Source: a bacterium CG_4_10_14_0_2_um_filter_33_32
GTDB taxonomy: Bacteria > Patescibacteriota > CPR2_A > CG2-30-33-46
Assembly: GCA_002792735.1 (NCBI GenBank)
Contig: PFOW01000055.1
Location: forward strand, 273-64,272
Length of the DNA: 64,000 nt
Direction: 5' to 3'
Made by a program: the position numbers and the translations under genes. Below are positions 29,001-38,352 of the stretch, in pieces. The stretch's first letter is position 1, and each line of letters opens with the position of its first letter. The notes below the pieces were generated by a model. It ran no database searches and was not told where the DNA came from. It saw only the letters and a program-made list of their open reading frames with translations.

Positions 29001-32000
29001 GTAGTAGACCACGTTAGACCAGAGCTTACATCAGTTGTGCCTATTGTAACTTTACCTGCCCCCTGGGTGGCGCCAAAGTGATTTCCTGAAATTGTTATAG
29101 AATCTCCTACGCGCGCTTCTGAATTTACAGAAGTAATCTGTGGTAAAATCAAAATTGTTTTATCGGTATTTGATGTTTTAGTATCATCCCTGGTTACTTT
29201 AACAGCAACCGTATAACCTGCATCATTTTGGATTTTAACTTGGATAGAATTAGCTCCCCACGATACATAATCACCAGAAGGAACATCAGTTGTGCCAAAG
29301 GTAACTTTACCTGTACCACGAACGGCACCAAAGTGATTACCTGTTAATGTGATCGTATCACCTACCCTTCCTTCTGTTACACTTATACTGGAAAGTTGAG
29401 GAAGAATAAGTAACGTCACATCATTATTACTTGTTTTTAAATCACTATGTCTTGTTGCAACAACTGCTACAGTTGTTCCTGAATCATTGGGAACAGTGGC
29501 AGTAATAGAAGTTTCTGACCATGTACCAATAGTGCCGTCTGTAGAACCGAAAGTTATTTTACTACTAGCACCCTGATTGCCAAAATGATCTCCGGATACT
29601 GTTACAGAACCGCCTACACGAGATTCAGAAGTAACAGAAGTGACTCTTGGTAAAATTAACATTGTCTTATCATTATTAGAATCTTTTAAATCACTATGCC
29701 GTCTTGCAACAACAGCTACGGTATAACTAGGATCATTAGGAACAGTAGCAGTTATAGACCCTTCATTCCAAGTACCTATACCTGCAACAGTAGAGCCTAC
29801 CGTTACCTGGCTTGAAGCACCCTGAGTGCCAAAGTGGTCTCCGGTTAAAGTAATAGTACCTCCTACGCGAGCCTCAGCAGTAACACTGGCAATTCGAGGC
29901 AAAAGGAGAATACTCTTGTCAGTGTTGGATGATTTAGTATCATCTCTGGTTACTTTCACTGCTACCGTATAACCAGAGTCATTTTGAACTTTTACTTGTA
30001 TAGAAGAATCGCCCCAAGAAACATGATCTCCTGCAGGCGCATTAGTTGAACCAAAAGTTACATAACCTGCACCACGAACTGCGCCAAAATGATTTCCAGA
30101 AATAGTTATAGTATCACCAACTCTAGCTTCTGTTACGGATATGCCGGTAACTTGAGGCATAATACTTACGGTTTTATCATTATTAGAAGTTTTTAAGTCT
30201 CCATCTCTTGTTGTTACAACAGCTATTGTTCCGCCTGAATCATTGGGAACTTTTACCTGAAGAGAATTATCTCCCCAAGATACATAATCGCCTCCTGCAA
30301 CATCAGTTGTCCCCATAGTTACTTTTCCATTAGTTCCTTTAGCTGCGCCAAAGTGATTACCTGCAATAGTTACAGTATCACCAACTAGAACATCAGTTGG
30401 AACAATAGACGTTATCTGGGGAAGTATAAGTATCGTTTTATCTGTATTAGATATCTTTGTATCATCCCTGGTTACTTTAATAGCTAGATTGTAAGAAGAA
30501 TCATTTTGAATTTTAACTTGAATAGTTCCGGCATTCCAAGATACATAATCGCCGGATGGAGCAATTATAGAACCAAAAGTAACCGTACCTGCGCCCCGCA
30601 CTGCGCCAAAGTGATTTCCGTTAACTGTAATAGTATCACCCACCCTTCCTTCAGTCTGAGTAATAGAAGTGATTTGGGGCAAAATAGTAAATGTTATATT
30701 GTTATTTGAGGTATCACCACCATTTCTAGTTACTTGAACAGCAACTGTTGTAGCAGCATCATTCGGTACTGTAACTGTTATTGAAGTATCTCCCCATAAG
30801 GTTACTGGTGCTGAAGTTGAGCCGAGCATAACGCTTCCTGTTCCTTGGACTCCCCCAAAATGATCTCCCTGAATAGTAAGCAAATCACCCACCCTGCCTT
30901 CTGTAGGCGATAGTGAAGTGGTAACTCTTGGCAAAATCTTAAAAGCATAACTGTTTGAAGTTTTGGAATCAGAAGACCTTGTTACAACAAAATTTAAAGA
31001 CTGTCCAGAACTTATGGTAGCCGGAATAGTAAAGTTTGAGATCGAAGTATCAGCATAAGTAACCCCCGTAGATGAATTCTGTCCATCTAGTGTTATTGCC
31101 CCGGCAGGACCAAAGTGATCGCCGTTTATAACAACAACATCTCCAATTCTAGCACCTGTGCCTGTTACCGGATTAGTTGAAGTAATCCTTGGCAATATCT
31201 TAAACGTGATACCGTTTGATGTTTTAGTGCCATAAGTCGCATTAGTGGTTATAGTTACTGACCCATCTATTGTTCCAGTAAGAGGTATTGCAACTCCTGT
31301 TATTGAAGTATCGCCCCATGTTCCAGTGGCTGACGCGCCGTTTATGGAGATTGTTCCGGCAGATACACCTAAATGATTACCGTTAATTGTAATAGTATCA
31401 CCCACTCTTGCTTCTGTTACTGACAGAGAAGTGATCTGCGGCAAAACAGTAAAACCATAAACCGGCGAATTTTGAACTGCCCCAACCGTAATAGACATCC
31501 CGCCGGTATTTATAGTGGCATCAGAAGGAACCGATACTCCAGAGATTGAAGTGTTTGTCCAAGTAACACCAGGGGTAGATTCAGTAATTGCAGTTCCGTT
31601 ATTATTAATGTAAAGGGTTCCTGCTGTTCCAAAACCATATCCGGAAATTGTTATAGTTGCTCCCTGAAGAGCCTCTGTTGGTGTTGGCGCAATGATTTTA
31701 GGCCGCACAGTAAATGAACTTGCATAAGTAATTGCTGTTGCTCCAAATATAGCGTCTGTAATTGTTAAATTAACATTCCAGACTCCCCCGTAAGCAGCTG
31801 TTGGACCAGGCGTTGCATTATTTAAATTAAATGAACCGCCAGTAATGCTATTTTTATTAGATAAAGAAAAACTAGATCCCGTAACTGTTTGAGTGCCTAA
31901 AGTTAAGGTTACAGAAGAAACAGATTGGAAACCTGATCCGGTTAATGAAATACCTGAATATGTTGACCCTGAATCTCCGCTTGTAGTTGAAATTGCCGTA

Positions 32001-33271
32001 ACTTTTGGCAAAATTTGGAAGTTTTGGTTATTATTGGAAGTTTTGGTTATGGGAGCTGTTATTGAGACGATAACTGTTCCAGAAATTGTATCCGGCACTG
32101 TAAAGGTAACTGAAGTTTCAGTGCTGCCTCCTCCAATTGTTGCTGATACTCCATTAATTGTCATAGTCCTTGTTGTGCCTAAATGATCTCCTGTGATTGT
32201 GGCTGTAACATCCCCCACTGTTTTACCAGCACCAACCCCTGTTATATTTGGATAAACATAAAAAGTCAGAAGCGAGGTATCTGCTACACCTCCAGCCGTT
32301 ACTAAAAGACCATTATTAGTTACACCACCATAAGACATACAAGCAGCCGGTATAGTAAAAACAATTTGTGTATCACTCCAAGAACTTATATCTGCATCCG
32401 GTATTTGATACCCACCAGAACCTCCGATTTTTATATTATCAGTAACCGTTGATCGATTTCCTGCCCCAGGATCAGCACCAAAACCAGTTCCTGTAATTGT
32501 TATTTGCTGTAAGGAACGACCTCCGTCGGTTATTGTCCCATCAGTATTATTTGTAAAAGATGTTGCATCTGGATTAGCAACTGCCAAAGTATAATCAATA
32601 GCAAAAACAAGGGTATCCATTCTTACTTCGGTTGATGCAGAATTGTTATTCCCAGAATTAACATCAGAGCGCATCCTTATAGTTACGTTTATATTAGAAG
32701 CCTGATAAGCAGAACTTACTGTTTTTGCTCCATCAACATCTCTAGTAACCCAAGAACTTGAAGTCGGATCAAATTCTGTTTCTAAGTCAACTAAGCCATC
32801 AAACACACCTGTTGTATCGACACCATCATAAATTTTCAGGCCTACTGATTGAGTTGATGCATGTGTTTCTTGAAAAAGCTTAACATCAAAGCTTCCATTA
32901 ACATTATTTACAGTAGCACCTGCGGGTACTCCCATATCTTCCCATGTAAGAGTCTTTTTAAAATAACCTAAATTCTTTTTATTCCTAGCAGTAACTTTAG
33001 CAAAAAGAGAACCAGAAGGATTACCGTCTGTTCCTAAATAGCCTTGTGTACAAGTACCCGTACATGATTCATCAACATAAGTAAAACCTTCGATGCTAGT
33101 AGCAAAGTTAACCGTATAATTTTGAACTGCTGCACGAACAGGTGTTACTGATTGTCTAAACAAAAATGGTACAAAAAAAGAACCTAAAAATCCAAAAATA
33201 ATTAATAAAATCGATATTTTGGTAAAATATCTTAAAAAATGCTTTTTATTTTTCTTTATAAACAAAACCAT
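26057..33271 (-). CDS. giant (2404 aa) secreted/cell-surface protein with ~19 tandem IPT/TIG-like Ig-fold repeats, an FN3 domain and a distinct C-terminal domain
   Basis: N-terminal signal-anchor. The repeated ~85-aa unit is ILPQITSI…EGRVGDTITxNGNHFGAxRGxGxVTFG…VKVxNDxxxxVAVKVTRDDTKxSN. It has FN3-like INWSVNE…YYFRVKAIDKAGNE. It is a single uninterrupted ORF. Confidence 0.85.
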   Translation of the reverse strand: MVLFIKKNKKHFLRYFTKISILLIIFGFLGSFFVPFLFRQSVTPVRAAVQNYTVNFATSIEGFTYVDESCTGTCTQGYLGTDGNPSGSLFAKVTARNKKNLGYFKKTLTWEDMGVPAGATVNNVNGSFDVKLFQETHASTQSVGLKIYDGVDTTGVFDGLVDLETEFDPTSSSWVTRDVDGAKTVSSAYQASNINVTIRMRSDVNSGNNNSASTEVRMDTLVFAIDYTLAVANPDATSFTNNTDGTITDGGRSLQQITITGTGFGADPGAGNRSTVTDNIKIGGSGGYQIPDADISSWSDTQIVFTIPAACMSYGGVTNNGLLVTAGGVADTSLLTFYVYPNITGVGAGKTVGDVTATITGDHLGTTRTMTINGVSATIGGGSTETSVTFTVPDTISGTVIVSITAPITKTSNNNQNFQILPKVTAISTTSGDSGSTYSGISLTGSGFQSVSSVTLTLGTQTVTGSSFSLSNKNSITGGSFNLNNATPGPTAAYGGVWNVNLTITDAIFGATAITYASSFTVRPKIIAPTPTEALQGATITISGYGFGTAGTLYINNNGTAITESTPGVTWTNTSISGVSVPSDATINTGGMSITVGAVQNSPVYGFTVLPQITSLSVTEARVGDTITINGNHLGVSAGTISINGASATGTWGDTSITGVAIPLTGTIDGSVTITTNATYGTKTSNGITFKILPRITSTNPVTGTGARIGDVVVINGDHFGPAGAITLDGQNSSTGVTYADTSISNFTIPATISSGQSLNFVVTRSSDSKTSNSYAFKILPRVTTSLSPTEGRVGDLLTIQGDHFGGVQGTGSVMLGSTSAPVTLWGDTSITVTVPNDAATTVAVQVTRNGGDTSNNNITFTILPQITSITQTEGRVGDTITVNGNHFGAVRGAGTVTFGSIIAPSGDYVSWNAGTIQVKIQNDSSYNLAIKVTRDDTKISNTDKTILILPQITSIVPTDVLVGDTVTIAGNHFGAAKGTNGKVTMGTTDVAGGDYVSWGDNSLQVKVPNDSGGTIAVVTTRDGDLKTSNNDKTVSIMPQVTGISVTEARVGDTITISGNHFGAVRGAGYVTFGSTNAPAGDHVSWGDSSIQVKVQNDSGYTVAVKVTRDDTKSSNTDKSILLLPRIASVTAEARVGGTITLTGDHFGTQGASSQVTVGSTVAGIGTWNEGSITATVPNDPSYTVAVVARRHSDLKDSNNDKTMLILPRVTSVTSESRVGGSVTVSGDHFGNQGASSKITFGSTDGTIGTWSETSITATVPNDSGTTVAVVATRHSDLKTSNNDVTLLILPQLSSISVTEGRVGDTITLTGNHFGAVRGTGKVTFGTTDVPSGDYVSWGANSIQVKIQNDAGYTVAVKVTRDDTKTSNTDKTILILPQITSVNSEARVGDSITISGNHFGATQGAGKVTIGTTDVSSGLTWSTTSVSLNLPNDSGITVAVVVTRDDAKTSNNNYTLIILPKVTSVTSEARVGDSITISGDHFGAVQGGGKVTVGTTDVTAGLTWGATSISFALPNDSGITVAIVVTRNDTKTSNNDKTLLILPRITSLNNAVTQNSSYQGDIITIIGDHFGSNGSVVINGESATINGSYGASGGTQITNVAVPVIPDGNEAGNIVVTRTNPAPDKNTNNWSFTCLPKITSVDVTASGYGITVENGVTGARYEDTLRINGNHFGTQGANSRIMFGSTVASIGSWLTTTIETTAPNDPGYSVSLIARRHSDSVNSNNYSFDYLPRVTGFTCSGSGCTTGVAGGFAGGGTLVAIDGDHFRPDPGAGNRSSASYNIKFNDFNGNPLLTPNGDFNGWAENQIGVYIPSGASSGPVNYAARIQVTANSKTSNLDASHTRFDIKPKITGINPNTAENSNPVTVTITGKGFQPKTASTDSRLVKTGQSDIVAANGDITVSSATSMSAAYNIVYKTIGYWKLTVTNPEGYVAEWGDGSTSGFFITASVPTVTGVDPAEGTQNDTALQLTITGDNFVNLSSPKCYLSGPTQINADTVYEDSAIQIRCVVNLSGKPTGQYSVNVKNQAGVGTLSNGFTILSNVPADPSDLIQSKTQGGAALSPESGINQTNIWFHTDMYSAVAGNLTPEVELKPNGVPFDGNGLILGSSVSYPTPKTTVDGWVQATVVNGNEYHWRIRVKNANGDSAWVNFGGDPVNSKDFYCDTVAPTITGISTSGVSDVSATINWSVNEDATKQVEYNTTGSWPGTLQPNPTSGYSVGAQAVTITGLSPSTTYYFRVKAIDKAGNEAICGNSVDSPTHCAENGSFVTLATRPLKTVELFIGQDTDTRTSGNGVPGGFAFNIYIPEGNPTIKSAFFEITGVSGTANPLVITTDIDSANQKVFNLSTGNNSYLKTYYDATSYFYGIINDSGTYPATDAYHLNIVGNGGDVSLWGAKLTLTYTYSP

Positions 33272-33335
33272 AATTTAGTTACCAACTATTGATTATTGTC
33301 ATATTTTCGTTGAATAACTCGTGACTTGTTATTAA

Positions 33336-33968
33336 TCATTTTTCTGCATTGACGGTCATACCGCCTTTATTATAGGAAATTGTCCAGAGCCATTTTTTTG
33401 CGTTGGAATCAAAACTTAAATCCATTGATTCAATTTTAAAATCTTTTTTCTCGCCAACTACAGACTCCACGCTTTTGTATACTTCCGCACTGTTTTTCCA
33501 CTCACCTTTTAACATATCTTTTATTATTGGCTTATCTTCTTCAGCTGATCTTATTTCGCCGTCTTTTACATAAATTTCATATGATTTGTCTTTATTCTTA
33601 GAATAAAACGTTAAGCCCCAGCCGGTTGCTTTCCCTTCCTTATTCACTTCACTTACCTTAGATGTAATTCTTTGGAGTTCTGCATCGGCAGACCAGACAC
33701 GTGCCTTTGTAAAGGATAAATCATATGCTTCCTTGGCTGTTGAGTCTGGGGTTATTTTTGTGAGACGGTTTTCAACCGAGTTTTTCCCTGATCTAAAACC
33801 CGAATAAAAACCAATAGTACAAGAAATAATCAAAACAATAATTAATGCAAAAATTGAAAATATATTAAATTTTGAAGTAATAATCTGTATATAGTCCGTT
33901 TTTACCATACCAGAATCTTTTTGTACTAAGTCTATTTTTTTACTTCTTCTAATTTTAATATCTTCCAT
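33336..33968 (-). CDS. membrane-anchored hypothetical protein (tandem paralog A)
   Basis: 210 aa with an N-terminal TM helix and an extracytoplasmic domain: WGLTFYSKNKDKSYEIYVKDGEI…KKWLWTISYNKGGMTVNAEK. Confidence 0.55.
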   Translation of the reverse strand: MEDIKIRRSKKIDLVQKDSGMVKTDYIQIITSKFNIFSIFALIIVLIISCTIGFYSGFRSGKNSVENRLTKITPDSTAKEAYDLSFTKARVWSADAELQRITSKVSEVNKEGKATGWGLTFYSKNKDKSYEIYVKDGEIRSAEEDKPIIKDMLKGEWKNSAEVYKSVESVVGEKKDFKIESMDLSFDSNAKKWLWTISYNKGGMTVNAEK

Positions 33969-33969
33969 C

Positions 33970-34572
33970 TTATTTCTCCGCTATTACGGTTATATTTCCT
34001 TTTTTATAATTTACAGACCAAATCCATTTATGTTCGTTTTTGAAATAACTAAGATTCAGATCTTTTATATCAGGTGATTCATCCCCTGAAGAATTTAAAA
34101 CTCTTTCTAAAACTATGGGAGAATCTAGCCATGCTCCCTTTAAAGTGTCAGTAACCGCTAGAGCGATACCTTGCGAACTTGCAATATTGCCGTCTTTAAT
34201 CAAAACCTTATATCCGCTTTTTGATTTTACTGAATAAAAAGCCATTTCCCAGCTTGAGGATTTACCGTCATTATCAACACTTGGGGCAATAAGCCTAATT
34301 GAAGCTAAGCCGGCATCATCCTGCCAAGCCTTTGCCTTTACCATGGCTACTTTATAAGCTTCATTGGCCGTTAAAAGAGTATCCGAGATATCAAATATTT
34401 TTTTTACGTCACCTTGGCCTTTTTGCAAACCGAAACTATAACCGGCTAATAATCCGGAAGTAATGCCCAAGAAAACAATGGCAACCGTATAAATTATCAG
34501 CACTTTTTTGTTAATAGAAAAAGCCTTGTCTTGGTTATTTAAACCCTGATTTTGATTATTTTTAGTTACCAC
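33970..34572 (-). CDS. membrane-anchored hypothetical protein (tandem paralog B)
   Basis: 200 aa with the same architecture as 33336..33968: WEMAFYSVKSKSGYKVLIKDGNI…HKWIWSVNYKKGNITVIAEK. Confidence 0.55.
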   Translation of the reverse strand: MVTKNNQNQGLNNQDKAFSINKKVLIIYTVAIVFLGITSGLLAGYSFGLQKGQGDVKKIFDISDTLLTANEAYKVAMVKAKAWQDDAGLASIRLIAPSVDNDGKSSSWEMAFYSVKSKSGYKVLIKDGNIASSQGIALAVTDTLKGAWLDSPIVLERVLNSSGDESPDIKDLNLSYFKNEHKWIWSVNYKKGNITVIAEK

Positions 34573-34662
34573 CTGCCGCCCTATTTTATCTTTATTATTA
34601 TACCACGATTATTGCTTTACAAGCAATAATAATAATCCAATAAACCCACCCCCACTCAATCC

Positions 34663-34700
34663 CACCCCAGGGGTGGACACGTTTACCACCCCTGGGGTGG
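34663..34700. repeat. REP-like palindrome upstream of the Y1 transposase gene
   Basis: CCACCCCAGGGGTGG-acacgttta-CCACCCCTGGGGTGG, 15-nt inverted arms. Confidence 0.7.
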
Positions 34701-34737
34701 GATTGACGAAACACGCTACTTGCACTATTCTAAGAAT

Positions 34738-35406
34738 ATGCCGCGTAGAAAAACCATCTTTATAAATAACGGGATTTATCATGTTCTAAATAAAGGCGTA
34801 AATAGCGCACCTATATTTTTGAATAATAATGACCATCAAAGATTCTTAGATATAGTCAATCTATGTAGATATAATCCCCAAATAAAATTTTCACTATATA
34901 ATCGTCTACATAAACAAGAAAAAAACGAATTTTTGGATAATTTAAAAAAGAAACACGAACCTATTATAGATATTTTAGCTTTTAGCCTAATGCCTAATCA
35001 CTTTCATCTCTTATTAAAACAACTCCAAGACAAAGGTATACAGATTTTTTTAGGAAACCTTCAAAATAGCTATGCCAAGTATTTTAATATAAAAAATAAA
35101 AGAACAGGACCTCTTTTCCAATCTGCTTTTAAATCAATAGATATAGAAACAGACGAACAACTTATCCATGTCTCAAGATATATACACTTAAACCCTGTAT
35201 CCTCTTACATAATAGATATTGAAAACTTAGAAAATTACAAATGGTCTTCTTTCGGCAATTATTTAAATGATAAAAAATATGAGTTCGTAGCCTCTGCAAC
35301 AATTCTAGGATACTTCAAGACGCAGAGTAAATACAGAAAATTTGTCTTTGACCAAGCTGATTACCAAAGAGAACTAGAAGAAATAAAACACTTAGCAATA
35401 GAATAA
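34738..35406 (+). CDS. IS200/IS605-family Y1 (HuH) transposase, REP-associated (RAYT-like)
   Basis: MPRRKTIFINNGIYHVLNKGVN…, HuH motif MPNHFHLLL and catalytic-Tyr region SRYIHLNPV. The ORF track extends it to a TTG at 34720, but the ATG at 34738 is more likely. Confidence 0.7.
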   Translation: MPRRKTIFINNGIYHVLNKGVNSAPIFLNNNDHQRFLDIVNLCRYNPQIKFSLYNRLHKQEKNEFLDNLKKKHEPIIDILAFSLMPNHFHLLLKQLQDKGIQIFLGNLQNSYAKYFNIKNKRTGPLFQSAFKSIDIETDEQLIHVSRYIHLNPVSSYIIDIENLENYKWSSFGNYLNDKKYEFVASATILGYFKTQSKYRKFVFDQADYQRELEEIKHLAIE

Positions 35407-35421
35407 ACGTTATACCGTGTA

Positions 35422-35458
35422 CACCCCAGGGGTGAACACGTTCACCACCCCTGGGGTG
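35422..35458. repeat. REP-like palindrome downstream of the Y1 transposase gene
   Basis: CACCCCAGGGGTGAACacGTTCACCACCCCTGGGGTG is a near-perfect 37-nt hairpin in the same orientation as the left copy. Confidence 0.7.
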
Positions 35459-35461
35459 GAA

Positions 35462-36262
35462 TTATATATTGAAAAGTTTTTTAGCGTTTTTGGTGGTTAT
35501 GTTAGCTACTTCCTCAAAAGAAATATTTTTGATACTGGCTATTTCTTTTGCTATCTCTTTTACATAAATCGGCTCATTTCTTTGCCCCCGACATGCCTGA
35601 GGCGCTAAAAACGGTGCATCTGTTTCAATCAGAATTTTATCCAACGGAATTTTTTTTACTACTTTTTGTAGATCATCAGTTTTAGAATAAGTAATAATGC
35701 CTGTAAACCCTATATAAAATCCTAACTCAATTACTTTTTGGGCAAATTTTAAGCTTCCGGTAAAACAGTGAACTACCCCTTTTTTAGATAATTTTTTACT
35801 GTATTCCGTTAATATTGCAGCAGTCTCTTTGTCTGCTTCACGAGAATGAATTATTACAGGTAAATCAACGCTACAAGCAAAACTCAAAAATGACTTAAAA
35901 ATTTCTTGAGCCTTATTTCTGTTTTCTTTAGTATCAGGATTTATTCCGGTTCTAAAATAATAATTGTCCAAGCCTATTTCTCCAATAGCTGCTACCTTTG
36001 GATTATCGGCTAAGGTTTCAAATTTTTTGACTTCTTCTTGAATGTTTTCTATCTCAGTTAAATGATCCGGATGAAAACCAATTGCCGCATAAACCCCCTT
36101 AAATTTTTCTGCAATATTTAAAGCTTCTTTAGAATTATCAAATCTAGAACCAATATTAATTATTGCTTCGATCTCGTTTTGAAAGCTCTTTTCTATTACA
36201 TCCGAATAATCTTTCTTGAATGCCTCAAAATTAAGATGCGCATGTGTGTCGATAAATTTCAT
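35462..36262 (-). CDS. tatD: TatD family metal-dependent DNase/hydrolase
   Basis: MKFIDTHAHLNFEAF…, GEIGLD and the conserved His/Asp/Glu pattern of TatD. Confidence 0.85.
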   Translation of the reverse strand: MKFIDTHAHLNFEAFKKDYSDVIEKSFQNEIEAIINIGSRFDNSKEALNIAEKFKGVYAAIGFHPDHLTEIENIQEEVKKFETLADNPKVAAIGEIGLDNYYFRTGINPDTKENRNKAQEIFKSFLSFACSVDLPVIIHSREADKETAAILTEYSKKLSKKGVVHCFTGSLKFAQKVIELGFYIGFTGIITYSKTDDLQKVVKKIPLDKILIETDAPFLAPQACRGQRNEPIYVKEIAKEIASIKNISFEEVANITTKNAKKLFNI

Positions 36263-36264
36263 AT

Positions 36265-37059
36265 TTAATAACTATACTCGGATTGATTCCGTTTCTCTAG
36301 ATATTCGAATATTCTATATAAAATAGACAGCGACTTGTCTCTTATAAAGGCGAGAATTTCATTTTCATTAAAAGGAGTGTAGCCAAAGCGCATATCGCTT
36401 AATACAGGGCTTTCGTTTTTGTCATTACTTTGAAAAATAATTTCTACCATCATATATTTACTTTTTATTTTGGGAATCCCTGAATTATCTACCTGATCGC
36501 ATCTTATGGGATAATATTCAGACCAAGGTATTTCCTCCCATGATTTTGGATTATCATCATTAGAAACTTTAATTCTATATACAATCGATGCTCCCTTTGG
36601 AACTTTAGCCCGCCATTCAACATTTTTCCAGGATACCAAACCTCCTAAGAACGCCTTTTTACCAATCAATCCAATCGGCCTTTCTTTATCTTCTATTTCC
36701 AAACTACCTTTATTAGAAATTTTTATATTAGATATACTGTCTAGATTAGATTTTGTGTTACCTTCTACATCATTACCTATTATTGTTAATTCATTTTTTA
36801 GGATTCTATCAATATCTTTTGAAGCTTTGTAAATCAAAAATGAAGAATAGGATAGAAAAAACAATAAACCTATCAAAATTATCCAATGCATGATAGAAGC
36901 AACTGGCAACATATGCCAATAATAATACCATTTATATTTTTCTCGATATTTAAAGTGAAGGGGCTCTAATCTCTTTATTGATGTTTTAGTGCTTCTATGA
37001 ATATCTTCAGCTTGCCTATCCAGTTTTTTTCTATTTTTTTTTAGATCTTCATCGTTCAT
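36265..37059 (-). CDS. hypothetical membrane-anchored protein
   Basis: 264 aa with one TM helix (MLPVASIMHWIILIGLLFFLSYSSFLIY) and an extracytoplasmic domain of unknown function. Confidence 0.45.
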   Translation of the reverse strand: MNDEDLKKNRKKLDRQAEDIHRSTKTSIKRLEPLHFKYREKYKWYYYWHMLPVASIMHWIILIGLLFFLSYSSFLIYKASKDIDRILKNELTIIGNDVEGNTKSNLDSISNIKISNKGSLEIEDKERPIGLIGKKAFLGGLVSWKNVEWRAKVPKGASIVYRIKVSNDDNPKSWEEIPWSEYYPIRCDQVDNSGIPKIKSKYMMVEIIFQSNDKNESPVLSDMRFGYTPFNENEILAFIRDKSLSILYRIFEYLEKRNQSEYSY

Positions 37060-37142
37060 ATTCTTAATATAAATTATTTAGTAAAAAAAGACAGATTTTT
37101 GTTATCCACTTTATCCACAGTAATTTTCATTTTCTACTGCTG

Positions 37143-38342
37143 TCAAGCACTTTTGCTTTTACCGATAATTTCTATCGACGCAGGAGGCATTAAGGCAATA
37201 AAAAATATAGACAAACCGCAAATAACCAACCCAACTGCTAACAATTGTTTAAGCTCTAAAAAGAAACTTAAGAAATATAAAATAGCAAAAAATAAAACTC
37301 GAGCTATATCAGTGCTTAGTTCCATAATAAAAATGTACTCGGTCAGGCCATCCTCGTCGGCATGCAGATAATATTCAGCAATCCAGGTCGATACAAACAT
37401 AGAATGAGCAACACTTGTAATAATATTCAAAAACACTATGTGAAAACCGGAACTTGCTAAAGCTTTTGCTGTGTGAGTAATTCCAGCCATTATACTACCG
37501 CTTTTTATGTATCTTATTTTTTCCTCATGATCCGCTTTTTTACCAACATAATATAAGGCAACTACTGCGACAATTAAAGAAAGAGAAGTTACAAACCCAA
37601 CATTTTTATAACTTTCTAAAATAAGAAAGATAAAAAAAGGCCATATAACAATACTTGCTACATTTTCTACACCATAACCTCCGTAAGAAATCAATTGCCT
37701 TGTAAGTTTTTTAAAATTAATACGGCTAAAATCGATGTTGCCTCTTACGTAAGGCTCACCTGTTTCAAAAAGCGGCATAGCGGATACTATAAGTCCCATC
37801 ACGGTTATAATATATAAGATATTCATACCTAAATATGAAGCTACTAAACCACCGATAAACGGCGCTGCCGCTCCAAGTAAAGAAGCAAAAATGTATAACT
37901 TGCTAATTTCCTCAGCAACCTCGTGGGAGTGCTTTGCTTTAGAAAAATCAAAGTGGTAGCCTTGCCAAAATAATGACATTGAAGAAGCCCCAACGACCGC
38001 AATAATCCATAACGACCATTGATATAATGGTAGTGATAGAAGCAATATAAAATATAAAACCAAGACTGGCAAACTGAAAAGTATATTATGTTTGGGACCA
38101 AACTTAACTAACAGATTAAGCGCGATATATTCAAATAAAGACTCAGAAATATAAAGAATGAGGTAAAAAAACATTATATTATTAGCTGAGTAGCCTAGCT
38201 TGTAAAGATATATCGGTATAAAAATGACTGTTAGAGAAAGAAAAAAAGACCTAAGACACATTGACCAAAATATTTCATTAAGCTCAGTGTGCTTCATTCT
38301 AAAAAATTGATGCTTGTGCAAAAAGTCTAAACTAACTTTCAT
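37143..38342 (-). CDS. polytopic membrane transporter (MFS-like)
   Basis: 399 aa with about 12 predicted TM helices in a 6+6 arrangement and a central loop. Confidence 0.45.
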   Translation of the reverse strand: MKVSLDFLHKHQFFRMKHTELNEIFWSMCLRSFFLSLTVIFIPIYLYKLGYSANNIMFFYLILYISESLFEYIALNLLVKFGPKHNILFSLPVLVLYFILLLSLPLYQWSLWIIAVVGASSMSLFWQGYHFDFSKAKHSHEVAEEISKLYIFASLLGAAAPFIGGLVASYLGMNILYIITVMGLIVSAMPLFETGEPYVRGNIDFSRINFKKLTRQLISYGGYGVENVASIVIWPFFIFLILESYKNVGFVTSLSLIVAVVALYYVGKKADHEEKIRYIKSGSIMAGITHTAKALASSGFHIVFLNIITSVAHSMFVSTWIAEYYLHADEDGLTEYIFIMELSTDIARVLFFAILYFLSFFLELKQLLAVGLVICGLSIFFIALMPPASIEIIGKSKSA

Positions 38343-38352
38343 ATACTATCTC

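Noticed and set aside
37844-38101. Minus-strand 85-aa ORF inside the MFS-like transporter gene
   Set aside because: It is an alternative frame of a longer, more plausible membrane-protein ORF.
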